A stretch of DNA of 64,000 nt from contig CAYLRJ010000067.1 in the NCBI GenBank assembly GCA_964386185.1, positions 949 to 64,948 of the forward strand, given 5' to 3'. The stretch is from an uncultured Anaerolineaceae bacterium. Lineage in GTDB: Bacteria > Chloroflexota > Anaerolineae > Anaerolineales > DRMV01. The notes below the pieces were generated by a model. That model did not search any database and had not been told where the DNA came from. It worked only from the letters and a program-made list of their open reading frames with translations. Made by a program: the position numbers and the translations under genes. Position 1 is the first letter of the stretch. Every line of letters begins with the position of its first letter. Positions 39,738 through 50,213 of the stretch are shown here, in pieces.

Positions 39738-40934
39738 TTACCAGTTGGGGGATGGTGTCGCCATCAGTAACAAGTGTTCCAAAACCCAGCCGGTTTTGCC
39801 CGTGGCCGGCACAAGGATTTGAATCCAGAGGTAATTGTCCACTTCTTGTTCGGGCCCAATCACTTCGACCACATCGCCGTTGGAAGCGCGGCCGACGATC
39901 TTGCTGTTGAAGCCCGGGCTTTCGCGGATGAGGATGCCGCCATATTGTTCGGGTGCATGGACGACCGCGTAGACAGGGGTTGGGCTGGGGGAGGGCGTCA
40001 ACGTGGGCGTGAGGGTGGGCGTCGGGCTGGGGGGCGGGGTTGGTGTGGCGGTGGGGGGCACGGGTGTGGCCGTAGGCGGGGAAGTGGGCGTGGCCGTGGG
40101 TGGCACCGGCGTTGGGGTAGGGATTGGTGTAGGTAGTGCAACCTGCGTGCCGACTGCGGTGCCCAACCCCAAAGCCAAGACGAAAAGCACGGCTCCGGCC
40201 AAGGCCACCACACCGCCCAACGTGTAGCCGAATAGTGTCAGCGGTCGGAAGCCCAACACGGCCAACACCAGCGCGCTGACCAAAACGACCCATGCCAGGT
40301 GAACGGCATAGACCAACAGCCCATCGGGGAAGAGGTGGGGCGCGCCGCTTCCCAACCCAAACCCTGCGGTGGCCAGGGGCAAGAAGACTTCGTAAGCCAG
40401 GGCTGCGCCTGGCAGGGCTAATTTGCGGGGTGAGCGGGCGAGGGCAATGGTGCCCCAGACGGCGGCCGCAATGAGAATGAGGAAATCCCACACCGAAAGG
40501 TGGGCATGGAGAGGGGCTTGTTGTAAACTTGGAGGTGCCCAGATGCGGCCGGCCGCGCCGCCCAACATCCCCAGCACGAAGACCACCACGCTTCCTACCA
40601 GCAAGCCGCCCAGCACATGGAAGAAATAGCGCGCGGAGCCGGTGACCACCCCCAAGCCCAAGCCAATGAGCGGGGCCATGCTGGGTGCGACCAAGGCCCC
40701 AAAGAAGAGCAGCCCGGCTGAATCGACCCCTAATCCAAATGCCCAAATGACTGCGGCCAAGGTCAAAAAGAGGAAGAAATCCACCGAGGGCTCGGCTCGA
40801 CGGGCGGTCTGGTTCCAAAAGGCTTCGCGCTCTTCGGCGCTCATGGGCGTCAGGGAACGCCGCGCGCGCCTACGCCGCGCCGGGGGGAGGTGTTGGGGAT
40901 CTTCGGGAGTGGCTTTGCTGCGTGGAATGGTCAT
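39738..40934 (-). CDS. DUF389-family membrane protein with Pro/Thr-rich linker and C-terminal SH3b-like domain
   Basis: Multi-TM DUF389-like core ('FFLFLTLAAVIWAFGL..APSMAPLIGLGLGVV'), a 50-aa PT linker, and a C-terminal 'GFNSKIVGRASNGDVVEVIG..WIQILVPATGKTGWV' SH3b pattern. ATGA overlap with the upstream HAD-like gene. Confidence 0.8.
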   Translation of the reverse strand: MTIPRSKATPEDPQHLPPARRRRARRSLTPMSAEEREAFWNQTARRAEPSVDFFLFLTLAAVIWAFGLGVDSAGLLFFGALVAPSMAPLIGLGLGVVTGSARYFFHVLGGLLVGSVVVFVLGMLGGAAGRIWAPPSLQQAPLHAHLSVWDFLILIAAAVWGTIALARSPRKLALPGAALAYEVFLPLATAGFGLGSGAPHLFPDGLLVYAVHLAWVVLVSALVLAVLGFRPLTLFGYTLGGVVALAGAVLFVLALGLGTAVGTQVALPTPIPTPTPVPPTATPTSPPTATPVPPTATPTPPPSPTPTLTPTLTPSPSPTPVYAVVHAPEQYGGILIRESPGFNSKIVGRASNGDVVEVIGPEQEVDNYLWIQILVPATGKTGWVLEHLLLMATPSPNW

Positions 40935-41401
40935 CGGCGTAAACTGGCAACAAGTCGGGTCGGATGAAGTAGCAAATCAAGTGCGGTCAACACGTCGGGC
41001 ACGACGATGTCCGCGGCTAAGAGGGCTTCCACCGCTGTGCCCTCCGACGAGAGCACACAAATGCCCAGCGCGGCTTCGCGCAACATCAGCGCGTCGTTTG
41101 CCCCTTGCCCCAGGGCAATGACCTTTTCGGCCCCTAACTTGCGCACGAATTCGGCCTTTTGCCCAGCCTCGCCTCCGCCTTTGACCCGCACCGCTTGGGT
41201 GCCCAAGGCTTGATCTATGGAGGCTTGTTTGCCGTGGGTGTCGGCTGTGAGCAGGTGAAGGGTGAGCGTTGTTTGCACGGCTTTCAGCCGTTCGGCAACG
41301 CCTGGCAACAAAACGCCGTCCACGGCCAGGGTGCCGTTGACGTCGCTCACCAGGTGTTCGAATTGAAAGTCCCCTCGTCCGGGCACGTTGAGTATAATCA
41401 T
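40931..41401 (-). CDS. Small HAD-like protein (soluble P-type-ATPase-like, COG4087-type)
   Basis: 'LVSDVNGTLAVDG' (motif I-like), 'LLTADTHG', and 'ALGQGANDALMLREAALGICV' (the GDGxND-like motif of P-type ATPase/HAD). Confidence 0.75.
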   Translation of the reverse strand: MIILNVPGRGDFQFEHLVSDVNGTLAVDGVLLPGVAERLKAVQTTLTLHLLTADTHGKQASIDQALGTQAVRVKGGGEAGQKAEFVRKLGAEKVIALGQGANDALMLREAALGICVLSSEGTAVEALLAADIVVPDVLTALDLLLHPTRLVASLRR

Positions 41402-41493
41402 AACTTCCTCGCTGTTGTCGGCAATGTTTGAAAATTTTATATTGTTTATAATTATACCCGCTTTCTGGACGCTCCCCTTGAGAAGGAAGTCCT

Positions 41494-42462
41494 ATGCCGC
41501 GTCGATTTTTGCCGAAAGTTCTTTTGGTCTGGGTTGGGCTGGCTTGGATGTTGACCGCGTGCCAGCGCCAGCAGGTGCCCACGCCCGCCCCTACACCCGC
41601 GCAGCCCACCGCGCTCCCTACGGCCACGGTGGCGCCTTCTCCTACCGCGACCCCCGCGCCACCGACGGCGGTGTTGTGGGCTCCCTCGGCTGCCACGCCG
41701 TGGTTGCGGGACCCTGCTTGGGCGTGGGTCCAAGCCCTGGCGCAAGCGCACGGTTGGGTCGCGGTGCAGCGCGCGCCCGGTGAGGCGCTGCCGCCCAATG
41801 TGCAAGTGGTGGTGGCCGTCGAGGCAGCCCCCCCGGCCCTCGAGGCGCGTGCCTTGGCCATTGCCCCGCCTGCCGAGGGCGCTTCCTCAGCTCAAGCGTT
41901 GGACCCTACGCCGGCCGATTTGCCCCATCGGGCTTTTGTGGCCGGTTATTTGGCCGCGGTCATCACCCCAGATTGGCGGATTGCCATGCTCGCCACCGAT
42001 GAAGAGGCCCAGGCCGCGGAGGCTTTTGTGGATGGCGGCCGTTATTTTTGTGGTTTGTGTCGGCCGTTGTATCCGCCTTTTGTGGTTTACCCGGCATATG
42101 CGTTGCTTCCGGCTGAGAGCGACGCCACGGCGTGGCAAGCAGCAGTGCAACGTTTGCGCCAAAGCGCGGTGCAGACGTTTGTGGTGAGCCCCCAGGCTGC
42201 TCAGGCGGGCGTGATTCAAGCCCTTGGCGATCAGGCCACCCTGATTGCGTTGGAAGCCCCCTCCTCCGCGGCGGTTTATGCGGCCGCGGTGGTGGCCGAT
42301 GTGGCCGCGGGTTTGGAAGCCTTGTGGGAAGATCCGTCTCTCGCACACGCCGCGGTGCCTTTGCGGTTGGAGGTGTATGACGCCCGCGCGGTGTCTCCTG
42401 GGCGGCAGCGTCTTGTCGAAGAAGTTTTGCGTGACCTGGAAGCCGGCTGGATTGCCCCTTAG
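41494..42462 (+). CDS. Putative lipoprotein (weak BMP/periplasmic-binding-like resemblance)
   Basis: Lipobox 'LAWMLTAC' followed by a PT-rich linker. GAAGGAAG SD. Function uncertain. Confidence 0.65.
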   Translation: MPRRFLPKVLLVWVGLAWMLTACQRQQVPTPAPTPAQPTALPTATVAPSPTATPAPPTAVLWAPSAATPWLRDPAWAWVQALAQAHGWVAVQRAPGEALPPNVQVVVAVEAAPPALEARALAIAPPAEGASSAQALDPTPADLPHRAFVAGYLAAVITPDWRIAMLATDEEAQAAEAFVDGGRYFCGLCRPLYPPFVVYPAYALLPAESDATAWQAAVQRLRQSAVQTFVVSPQAAQAGVIQALGDQATLIALEAPSSAAVYAAAVVADVAAGLEALWEDPSLAHAAVPLRLEVYDARAVSPGRQRLVEEVLRDLEAGWIAP

Positions 42463-42566
42463 CCGCGCTTGGGGCGGGTGGTTTCCTGGGGTAATCTAAC
42501 AGACGAGGGAAATATCCTCGTTGCCATTCCTGCGCTGTGCTGTTTGGGGCGGGGGTTTGGGGCGCG

Positions 42567-42596
42567 AAAATCCCCGGCTCAGGCCGGGGATTTGCT
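42567..42596 (-). terminator. Bidirectional intrinsic terminator between convergent lipoprotein and hpf genes
   Basis: AAATCCCCGGC-tcag-GCCGGGGATTT, a perfect 11-bp stem with T-runs on both strands. Confidence 0.6.
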
Positions 42597-42623
42597 GTTG
42601 CCTACCGAGGAAGATGCCCTTGT

Positions 42624-43172
42624 TTAGCCTAACTCGGGCTCGATGAGCCCATAGCTGCCATCCCGGCGGCGGTAAAGCACATTGATGGCGTTGGTGGTGG
42701 CGTTGTAAAAGACGAAGAAGTTGTGGCCCAATAGCTCCATTTGCTCGATGGCTTCGCGTTCGTCCATGGGGGTCAGGGCAAAGCGCTTGCGACGGGCGAT
42801 GACGGGCTCTTCGGTTTCTTCGGCCTCGTAGGTTGCTTCGGCAAAGGTGGCTTCCTCGCCGCGGTCGCGATAGTGTCGCCCTTTATAGCGCCGAATGCGT
42901 CGTTGCATGTTGTCTAAGGCTGCATTGAGCGCGGTCATGATGTCGTCGGCCCGTTCCTCTGCGCGCAAGATGAACCGTTTCCCCCGCACTGTGATTTGCG
43001 CTACATAGCGGTCTTGGGCATTGCGGGCCGATGGCTCGTGTTTGAGGTCCACCCGTGTGGTCTGGATGCCCCGAATGTAGCGCGTGAGTTTGGGTACTTT
43101 CTTTTCAACGTAGTCTCGCAAGCGGTCGGTCAATTCCAGGTTCTTCGTGAAAATTTCGATCTCGGCGCTCAT
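42624..43172 (-). CDS. hpf: Ribosome hibernation promoting factor, long form
   Basis: 'IEIFTKNLELTDRLRDYVEKKVPKLTRY' RaiA/HPF N-domain plus the C-terminal dimerisation domain 'HNFFVFYNATTNAINVLYRRRDGSYGLIEP'. Confidence 0.92.
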   Translation of the reverse strand: MSAEIEIFTKNLELTDRLRDYVEKKVPKLTRYIRGIQTTRVDLKHEPSARNAQDRYVAQITVRGKRFILRAEERADDIMTALNAALDNMQRRIRRYKGRHYRDRGEEATFAEATYEAEETEEPVIARRKRFALTPMDEREAIEQMELLGHNFFVFYNATTNAINVLYRRRDGSYGLIEPELG

Positions 43173-43396
43173 AGAACCTCCTTGTTGGCCGGAAAACGGA
43201 CGGGCATCTTCACTTTTATCTTAGCATAAGTTGGTTAAATGGAGATAAACATACGCGCCAGGGGGCGGCGGGCGCGGGGCGCTGCGGCCTCGCTTTTGCT
43301 CGTTGTCCCGCGGGGGATGGTTCCCCCACCGCAATCGTCGCCTGCAGAGGGAAACTTGTGCTAAACTTGCATCAAGCCCCGTGCAGGAGGTGGAAG

Positions 43397-43900
43397 ATGA
43401 AACTGGCGTTGATTAGCGATACCCATGACCACGTCCACAACCTTCAGCGGGCGTTGCCTGCTTTGCAGCAAGCCGATGCGATTTTGCATTGCGGCGATAT
43501 TTGTTCCCCCTTTACCCTCAAGCGTTTGGCCGAAGGGGTGCAGGGCAAACCAGTGCACGTGGTGTGGGGAAACAACGATGGGGATCGGCGGATGTTGGCC
43601 GTCATTGCGGCTCAGGCTGGCAATGTCATCCTCCACGGCGAATTTGCCGACTTTGAGATTGAGGGCTTTCGCATTGCCATGAGCCATTATCCTGAGGTGG
43701 CGAGAGCGGTGGCTGCCTCTCAGCAGCACGATTTGGTATGCTATGGCCACGACCATCAGGCCTTCGAAGGCCGCGTGGGAGCGACGCTGTTGGTCAACCC
43801 CGGCGAGCTCGCGGGCGTGTTGACCGGCCGGGCGACATGGGTTTTGTTAGATACCGCGCAGCGTACGATCCTGTGGCATGAGGTTGACGCAGCGGAATAA
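43397..43900 (+). CDS. YfcE/MJ0936-family metallophosphoesterase
   Basis: 'MKLALISDTHDH', 'HCGDI', 'GNNDGD', 'GHDH' motifs. AGGAGGTGG SD precedes ATG 43397. Confidence 0.85.
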   Translation: MKLALISDTHDHVHNLQRALPALQQADAILHCGDICSPFTLKRLAEGVQGKPVHVVWGNNDGDRRMLAVIAAQAGNVILHGEFADFEIEGFRIAMSHYPEVARAVAASQQHDLVCYGHDHQAFEGRVGATLLVNPGELAGVLTGRATWVLLDTAQRTILWHEVDAAE

Positions 43901-43977
43901 ACCCGCAGCGAATCTGGCCTCGCGGCGCCGAGACGACGTGTATAATCACACCATGCTGTGGAAAGTTTAGGTGACCG

Positions 43978-45918
43978 ATGGACCCGGTAGAAGAAATCAA
44001 AAACCGCCTCGATATCGTGGACATCGTCTCCGAGACCGTGGACCTGCGCAAAACGGGCAAAAACTATATCGGCTTTTGCCCCTTCCACGATAACAAACGA
44101 ACCCCTGCTTTTGTGGTCTTCCCGGAGACGGGCACTTGGCGCTGCTTTGGCTGCAACGAAGGCGGCGATATTTTCACGTTTGTGATGAAGCGAGAGGGGT
44201 GGGATTTTCGGCAGGCGCTGGAGCATTTGGCCGAGCGGGCTGGGGTTACGCTGGAGCCTCGGCGCCCCGAAGATGCAGCCCAGCGAGAAGCCCAGCAGCG
44301 CTTGTATGACTTGATGGAAGAGGCGGTGGTTTTCTATCGGCACCATTTGCACACCACCGCAGGCCGCATGGCGCTCGATTATCTCCACCGCCGCGGCCTC
44401 ACCGACGAAACCATCGAAATTTTCGATTTGGGGTATGCCCCTCAGGCTTGGGAGGCCGCACGGGCCTACTTTACCGGCAAGGGCTATACCGACGAAGACC
44501 TGCTGGCCGTGGGTTTGCTCACCCGTCGTGAAGACGGCCGCATTTATGACCGCTTCCGCCATCGGGTGATGTTCCCCATTCGCGACGCGCGCGGCCGCGC
44601 GGTGGGCTTTGGCGCCCGCACGTTAGACCCCGACGGCGTGCCCAAATACCTCAATTCGCCTCAGACCGAAATCTTCGACAAAAGCCGCCTGCTCTACGGC
44701 CTCGACAAAGCGGGCAAGGCCATCCGCCAGCGCGACCAAGTGGTCATCGTGGAAGGCTACATGGATGTCATCGGCCTGCACCAGGCCGGCTTCCCCAACG
44801 CGGTTTCGCCGATGGGCGTGGCGCTCAACGAAGGCCAACTGCGCACCCTCAAGCGCTACACCCGCCACATGGTGTTGGCCCTCGACCCTGACCCCGCGGG
44901 CATCCGCGCCACACTGCGGAGCATGGAAGTTGCCCGAGAAGCCCTTTCAGAAGCCGATGGTTTTCGTTTTGACCCCCGCGGCCTGTTGCGGCAGGAAAAC
45001 CGCCTAAAGGCCGACCTGCGGGTGGCGCTGCTGCCCGAAGGCAAAGACCCCGACGAAATCGCCTTGGCCGACCCCGCAGCCTGGGAGCGCGTCCTGAACA
45101 GCGCCCAGCCCATCATCCTTTTCATCATGCACACCCTGGCTGCCGAAATGGACTTAGACGACCCCAAAGCCAAAGCCGAGCTCGCCGCGCAGATTTTGCC
45201 GCTGATTGATGAAGTGGCCAACCCCATCGAGCAGCAGGCCTACCTGCAAAAACTCGCGGCCCTGCTGCGGATGGATGAAGCCACCCTCTTGGCCTGGCGC
45301 CCACCTGCGCAAAAACGCCGTCGGCGGACACCACGGCGGGCCAACACCCCTGCCCCATCACGCACGCGGACGCCTGCGCGGCCCACCCCCTCGGCCTGGG
45401 CGCACACCTCGGCGTTGGTCAACCGCCTGGCCGCGCGGGCTTTGGGGCTGTTGTTGCGAGACCCCCACCTGCGGTTTCGTATAGACCGCGCTCTGCGGAT
45501 GTATGAACTGCCGCCGTTACACGCGGATGATTTCCCAACGGCCGCCCAACGGGCTATTTTTGAAGCATTGGAAGCCGCCGTCGAGCAAGAACAGCGTGAG
45601 CCCGCCGACGACGTCTTGGCCCGCCTTTCCTTGCCCCTGATGGCCGAAGCCGACCGGTGTTTGCAGGAAACCGCCTCGCTGGTTTCATCGCCCGACCGCT
45701 GGGCAGAAGAACTGTTCCACGCCGTCGTCCGCCTGCGCTTGGAGCGCCTCAAGCAAGATTTGACCCAACTTCAATTTTTGATTGCCGAGGCAGAGCGCCA
45801 ACAAGACCCCCTGCTGCCACACTATCAACAACAATGGCGTGAGGCTTCGCGCCGCCGGCTGTTGTTAGACAAAGCCTTCAAACACGGCTTCCGCGCCGCC
45901 CTTTCTGCCCAAACCTGA
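43978..45918 (+). CDS. dnaG: DNA primase
   Basis: Zinc finger 'CPFHDNKRTPAFVV....WRCFGCNEGGD' and TOPRIM 'VIVEGYMDVI' with 'LALDPDPAG'. Confidence 0.95.
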   Translation: MDPVEEIKNRLDIVDIVSETVDLRKTGKNYIGFCPFHDNKRTPAFVVFPETGTWRCFGCNEGGDIFTFVMKREGWDFRQALEHLAERAGVTLEPRRPEDAAQREAQQRLYDLMEEAVVFYRHHLHTTAGRMALDYLHRRGLTDETIEIFDLGYAPQAWEAARAYFTGKGYTDEDLLAVGLLTRREDGRIYDRFRHRVMFPIRDARGRAVGFGARTLDPDGVPKYLNSPQTEIFDKSRLLYGLDKAGKAIRQRDQVVIVEGYMDVIGLHQAGFPNAVSPMGVALNEGQLRTLKRYTRHMVLALDPDPAGIRATLRSMEVAREALSEADGFRFDPRGLLRQENRLKADLRVALLPEGKDPDEIALADPAAWERVLNSAQPIILFIMHTLAAEMDLDDPKAKAELAAQILPLIDEVANPIEQQAYLQKLAALLRMDEATLLAWRPPAQKRRRRTPRRANTPAPSRTRTPARPTPSAWAHTSALVNRLAARALGLLLRDPHLRFRIDRALRMYELPPLHADDFPTAAQRAIFEALEAAVEQEQREPADDVLARLSLPLMAEADRCLQETASLVSSPDRWAEELFHAVVRLRLERLKQDLTQLQFLIAEAERQQDPLLPHYQQQWREASRRRLLLDKAFKHGFRAALSAQT

Positions 45919-45939
45919 GCCTTGTTTTCGAGAGATGCC

Positions 45940-47385
45940 ATGACCACGGAAGAAACGCTGGAACCCACTGCCGAAGATTTAGCCGCCGAAGAGGCCTACA
46001 CCCGCGGTTGGGGCGACGAGGTCGATAGCGACCCAGTGTACCTCTACCTTCGGGAAATTGGCCAGGCCAAGCTGCTCACAGCCGATCAGGAATTTTGGCT
46101 CGCGACCATGATCGCCGCGCACAAACAGGTGCAATGGCTGCAAGCCCACCCCAAAGCGCGGGGGCAGGGCGAAACCACCCCCCGGCGGTTGTATTGCGCG
46201 CTTTATACCGAAATGGTGACGGCCTGGCAGCGGGCGTTGGAAGACGTCGCCCGCTGGGGCTGCGAACCCCCCGATTTTGCCCTCCTGACCGCCGAAGCCC
46301 AAATGCTTCACCAAACCTGGCAGAGCGAAACCCCTTCCTACGTCCGGGCGTATCTCAACAATGGCTCATGGGGCAAAGACCCCTTTTGGGATGGCGTTGC
46401 CGCCCAGGTCGTCGCCGTGTTCATCGCGGTCTATGCCCTGCCCGCCGAAGTCGCCGAAGCCTTGGTGCGGTTTCATACCAAACGCCAGCGCTTGCCGTCC
46501 GAGCGCACGTTCCGCCGCTACCTCCCCGACGATGAAGTGCTGCGGGCCGAATTGACAGCCATTGCCGCGCGCGCCGAAGTCGCCCGGACGGCTTTGATCC
46601 GCTCTAACCTGCGGCTGGTGGTCAGCGTAGCCAAACGCTACGTAGACCGTGGCGTGCCCTTGTTGGACCTCATCCAAGAGGGAAATCTGGGGCTGTTGCG
46701 CGCGATTGACAAATTCGACCCTGCCCGCGGCTACAAATTCAGCACCTACGCCACCTGGTGGATTCGGCAGGCCGTGACCCGAGCCATCGCTGAGCAAGCG
46801 CGCACCATTCGGGTGCCGGTCCACATGATTGAGTCGTGGCAAAAATTGCGGAAAATCCAACGCCAACTCACGCAGCGCTTGGGCCGCGAACCCACCTTGG
46901 AAGAAATCGCCTTGGAAAGCGGCTTCCTGAGCGACGAAGAGGCCAAAGCCATTCGCACAGCCCTCGAAGAAGGCCAGCCCCTTTCCCCCCATCTGCAACA
47001 GCGGTGGCGTTTTGCCACAGGCAAGGTGCGCAAGGTGTTTCGCGCCACAGAAGAGCCCCTCTCGCTGGAAAGCAGCATGGGCGACGAAGAAAACAACGCC
47101 CTGGGCGATTTTGTGGAAGATACCGAAACCCTGCGCCCTCTGGACCAAGCCACCCGAGACATGCTGCGCGAGCAAGTGCAAAACGTTTTAGCTGCCCTGA
47201 CCGAACGCGAGCGCCAGGTGTTGGAACTCCGCTTTGGCCTGCTCGATGGCAAGTCGCACACCTTGGAAGAAGTCGGGCGTTATTTCAACGTCACGCGCGA
47301 GCGGGTGCGGCAAATCGAAGCCAAAGCGTTGCGCAAACTCCGTCACCCTTCCTACAGCCGTCACCTGCGGGATTATCTGGAATGA
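45940..47385 (+). CDS. rpoD: RNA polymerase primary sigma factor (sigma-70/SigA)
   Basis: Region 2 '[53 protein letters not shown]' and region 4 '[29 protein letters not shown]'. ATG 45940 is preferred over the TTG at 45922. Confidence 0.95.
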   Translation: MTTEETLEPTAEDLAAEEAYTRGWGDEVDSDPVYLYLREIGQAKLLTADQEFWLATMIAAHKQVQWLQAHPKARGQGETTPRRLYCALYTEMVTAWQRALEDVARWGCEPPDFALLTAEAQMLHQTWQSETPSYVRAYLNNGSWGKDPFWDGVAAQVVAVFIAVYALPAEVAEALVRFHTKRQRLPSERTFRRYLPDDEVLRAELTAIAARAEVARTALIRSNLRLVVSVAKRYVDRGVPLLDLIQEGNLGLLRAIDKFDPARGYKFSTYATWWIRQAVTRAIAEQARTIRVPVHMIESWQKLRKIQRQLTQRLGREPTLEEIALESGFLSDEEAKAIRTALEEGQPLSPHLQQRWRFATGKVRKVFRATEEPLSLESSMGDEENNALGDFVEDTETLRPLDQATRDMLREQVQNVLAALTERERQVLELRFGLLDGKSHTLEEVGRYFNVTRERVRQIEAKALRKLRHPSYSRHLRDYLE

Positions 47386-47525
47386 CCCGCCGCGTGACCG
47401 CGCTTTCCCGGAAGCGCACACAAAAGGGCACCTCACCAGGCCTGTCGTTGTCACGGCAGGCCTTCGCCGTTGTGAGCGCAAAAACGCCAACTTTTGAAGG
47501 CACCATGCCCCTCTCGGAGTAGACG

Positions 47526-47534
47526 TGTTAGAAT
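47526..47534 (+). promoter_or_regulatory. Extended -10 element (TGtTAGAAT) upstream of pdxS
   Basis: TG 47526-47527, TAGAAT 47529-47534. GGAGG SD at about 47577. Confidence 0.4.
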
Positions 47535-47588
47535 AAAAAGCGCAAGGTAGCCTTTTCAGCCCTGGGTGGCTGTTCTCGGAGGTCTAAA

Positions 47589-48476
47589 ATGGAAGCCCAA
47601 ATTGCTTCGTACAAAGTCAAAGTGGGCCTGGCCCAAATGCTCAAGGGCGGCGTCATCATGGACGTGGTCACGCCCGAACAGGCAAAAATTGCTGAGGACG
47701 CGGGTGCAGTGGCCGTGATGGCCTTGGAGCGCGTCCCCGCGGATATTCGGAAACAAGGCGGCGTTGCTCGGATGAGCGACCCCGAACTCATCCTCAAAAT
47801 CATGGACGCGGTGAGCATCCCGGTGATGGCAAAAGTGCGGATTGGCCACTTCGTGGAAGCCCAAATTCTGGAAGCCATTGGCGTGGATTACATTGATGAA
47901 TCTGAAGTGCTCACCCCGGCCGACGAAGAACACCACATTGACAAACATCAATTCAAGGTGCCCTTTGTGTGTGGGGCGCGCAACCTGGGTGAAGCCCTGC
48001 GGCGGATTGCCGAAGGGGCGGCCATGATTCGCACCAAGGGCGAGGCTGGCACGGGCGACGTGGTCGAAGCCGTGCGGCATGCCCGGGCGGTGTTAGGTGA
48101 AATTCGCCGCTTGCAGACCATGGCCGACGAGGAGCTCTACACTTACGCCAAGGAAATCGGCGCACCGTTGGACCTGGTGCGCGAAGTCAAGGAACTGGGC
48201 CGCCTCCCCGTGGTCAACTTCGCCGCCGGCGGCATCGCGACGCCCGCCGACGCTGCCCTGATGATGCAGCTGGGCATGGATGGCATTTTCGTGGGTTCGG
48301 GCATTTTCAAGTCTGAAGACCCGCCCAAGCGCGCCGCGGCCATTGTCAAAGCAGTGACCCATTACAACGACCCTGCCATTTTGGCCGAGGTGAGCAAAGG
48401 CTTGGGCGAGCCCATGCGCGGCCTGCAAGCCGCCGATTTGCCCGCAGAGGCCCGCCTGGCAGGCCGCGGTTGGTAG
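47589..48476 (+). CDS. pdxS: Pyridoxal 5'-phosphate synthase, lyase subunit PdxS
   Basis: '[39 protein letters not shown]' and '[10 protein letters not shown]'. Highly conserved PdxS/SNZ along the full length. Confidence 0.97.
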   Translation: MEAQIASYKVKVGLAQMLKGGVIMDVVTPEQAKIAEDAGAVAVMALERVPADIRKQGGVARMSDPELILKIMDAVSIPVMAKVRIGHFVEAQILEAIGVDYIDESEVLTPADEEHHIDKHQFKVPFVCGARNLGEALRRIAEGAAMIRTKGEAGTGDVVEAVRHARAVLGEIRRLQTMADEELYTYAKEIGAPLDLVREVKELGRLPVVNFAAGGIATPADAALMMQLGMDGIFVGSGIFKSEDPPKRAAAIVKAVTHYNDPAILAEVSKGLGEPMRGLQAADLPAEARLAGRGW

Positions 48477-48515
48477 CCTTGTCGCCACTGTTGCTCTGAA
48501 CATTGCCCCTGCCTC

Positions 48516-49163
48516 ATGAAATCTGCGCCTAACCTCATCCCACCCGACAAAGCGCCAGCCCCCCAGAGTGATTTCACTGTGGGGGTGCTGGCTTTGCAAG
48601 GTTCGTTTTGGGAGCACGAAGTCATGCTCCGCCGTTTGGGCGTTGCCGTGCGCGAAGTGCGCTTGCCCGCGGATTTGGACGGCCTGGCTGGGCTGATCAT
48701 CCCCGGTGGAGAATCCACGACCATCGGCAAATTGGCCGTAGAGTTTGGGCTCTTGGAGCCCCTGCGGGCCTTTGGCCGAGAGCATGCCATCTGGGGCACG
48801 TGCGCGGGTGCAATTTTCCTCTCAAAAGACGCCCGCCGCAATCAGCCGCTTTTAGAGTTGATGGACATCACCGTGGAGCGCAACGCCTTTGGCCGCCAGG
48901 TGGCCAGTTTTGAGGTGGACATTCCCGTGCCCGCTCTCAAAGCTGTGGCCCCTGAGGACGACCGTCCGTTTCGGGCGGTGTTCATCCGTGCTCCGCTCAT
49001 TGAAACCGTGACGCCTCCTGCCGAAGTGTTGGCCACGTTGGAAGATGGGCGGATCGTAGCAGCCCAACAAGGGCACCTCTTGGCAACGGCGTTTCATCCC
49101 GAACTCACCGACGATACGCGCTTCCATCGCTACTTTCTCTCATTGGCTGGCTGGGTGCCCTAA
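48516..49163 (+). CDS. pdxT: Pyridoxal 5'-phosphate synthase, glutaminase subunit PdxT
   Basis: '[12 protein letters not shown]', 'IIPGGESTT', catalytic 'GTCAG' and 'ATAFHPELT'. About 20 aa of N-terminal extension relative to typical PdxT, so the start is uncertain. Confidence 0.92.
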   Translation: MKSAPNLIPPDKAPAPQSDFTVGVLALQGSFWEHEVMLRRLGVAVREVRLPADLDGLAGLIIPGGESTTIGKLAVEFGLLEPLRAFGREHAIWGTCAGAIFLSKDARRNQPLLELMDITVERNAFGRQVASFEVDIPVPALKAVAPEDDRPFRAVFIRAPLIETVTPPAEVLATLEDGRIVAAQQGHLLATAFHPELTDDTRFHRYFLSLAGWVP

Positions 49164-49196
49164 ACCGAAAATCACCGCGCGCCTAAGGTTTGGCTG

Positions 49197-50129
49197 ATGT
49201 GTGTTTCGCGCGCCCTCACATGGCGAGATTTGCCCCTTTTGAACCGCTACCGCGAACGCGTGGTCTGCCTGGACAGCCGTCGGGCGACCATCGGCGGTGG
49301 GGGGTGGCTGAGCGCGGGTTTGCTGGCCCTGCTTTCGCCAGCCACAGGGATTGCCGCGGTGCAATATGCTGCCGATGGTGCGCGGGCTGAGGGTGGCCCC
49401 TTGGTGGCCGTGGCCGAGCACAACCCACAAAACGAATTGGCCGGGCTGCTCTACATTGCGCCGGCGCAAGCCCTCCAACCGCAGACCCCATTAGCGCCGC
49501 TCATTGAGGCTTTGGTGGCCCACCCTGCGTTGCGCGGGGCTCACGCCCTCTGGGCCGAAGCGCCTCAGCAAGCCGCCTGGTTGCCCGCGTTGCGGGCGGC
49601 GGGGTTCCGTGTTTTGGCGCGCCAGCGCCTTTGGAAGATGGCCTCCCCGCAAACGGCAGACGCCGCGGGGCGTTGGATGTGGCCCTCGGCCCAACAACGA
49701 TGGGAAGCCGATCGGCTGTATGCCGATTTGACCCCGCCCCTGGTGCGACATTTGCTCCCCTCGCCCGCGGCTTGCCCCACCGCGGTGGTCTATGTCGAAG
49801 GCGGGCACGTGCGCGGCGTGGCCCGCTGGGCGGCTGGCCCGCGGGGCGTTTGGGCTGCCCCTGTCCTTCACCCTGATTTGGAAGACCCCCCGGCCGTGCT
49901 GGCTTCCCTGGCGGCTTTTTTGCAGCGCACCGGCAAGCCATTCTTCTTCGCCATTCGCGACAACCAAATGTGGTTGGAAGCCGCGTTGGCGCGGCTCGAA
50001 GCCCAGCCCGGCGAGCCTTACGCCTTCCTGGCTCGGTGGATTGCCCAACCCGTCACAGCCACCCAGCCGCTCGCCACACCGGTGGTGGCCGATGCCCCGC
50101 AACCGACCTTGTTTTCACCGCGGGCCTGA
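49197..50129 (+). CDS. Hypothetical protein (310 aa; possibly GNAT-like fold)
   Basis: The only long ORF with plausible composition in this interval. No motif I can name with confidence. Confidence 0.55.
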   Translation: MCVSRALTWRDLPLLNRYRERVVCLDSRRATIGGGGWLSAGLLALLSPATGIAAVQYAADGARAEGGPLVAVAEHNPQNELAGLLYIAPAQALQPQTPLAPLIEALVAHPALRGAHALWAEAPQQAAWLPALRAAGFRVLARQRLWKMASPQTADAAGRWMWPSAQQRWEADRLYADLTPPLVRHLLPSPAACPTAVVYVEGGHVRGVARWAAGPRGVWAAPVLHPDLEDPPAVLASLAAFLQRTGKPFFFAIRDNQMWLEAALARLEAQPGEPYAFLARWIAQPVTATQPLATPVVADAPQPTLFSPRA

Positions 50130-50213
50130 AACGGCCTGGCCGCCGGGCGCAACATGGCTTCAACCTGAAGCGCATTCCCCCTGGGGCTTAGGTTGGATAC
50201 ACCCTGAGGTTCT

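Noticed and set aside
39667-40818. 383-aa minus-strand ORF overlapping the DUF389 gene in another frame
   Set aside because: Its composition is R/G/P-rich and non-protein-like. The competing frame (39738-40934) has TM helices, a PT linker, an SH3b-like domain and an ATGA coupling to the upstream gene.
40977-41861. 294-aa minus-strand ORF spanning the HAD-like gene, the AT-rich spacer and the antisense of the lipoprotein gene
   Set aside because: It crosses an obvious divergent promoter region and has Arg/Gly-rich composition. Both overlapped genes have better support.
43941-43970. TATAAT followed after 6 nt by ATG upstream of dnaG, the same geometry as the leaderless genes
   Set aside because: The ATG at 43953 opens only a 5-codon ORF (MLWKV*). 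The real dnaG start at 43978 has its own AGGTGA SD. This is treated as a normal promoter with a 25-nt leader and kept as a caveat for the leaderless finding.
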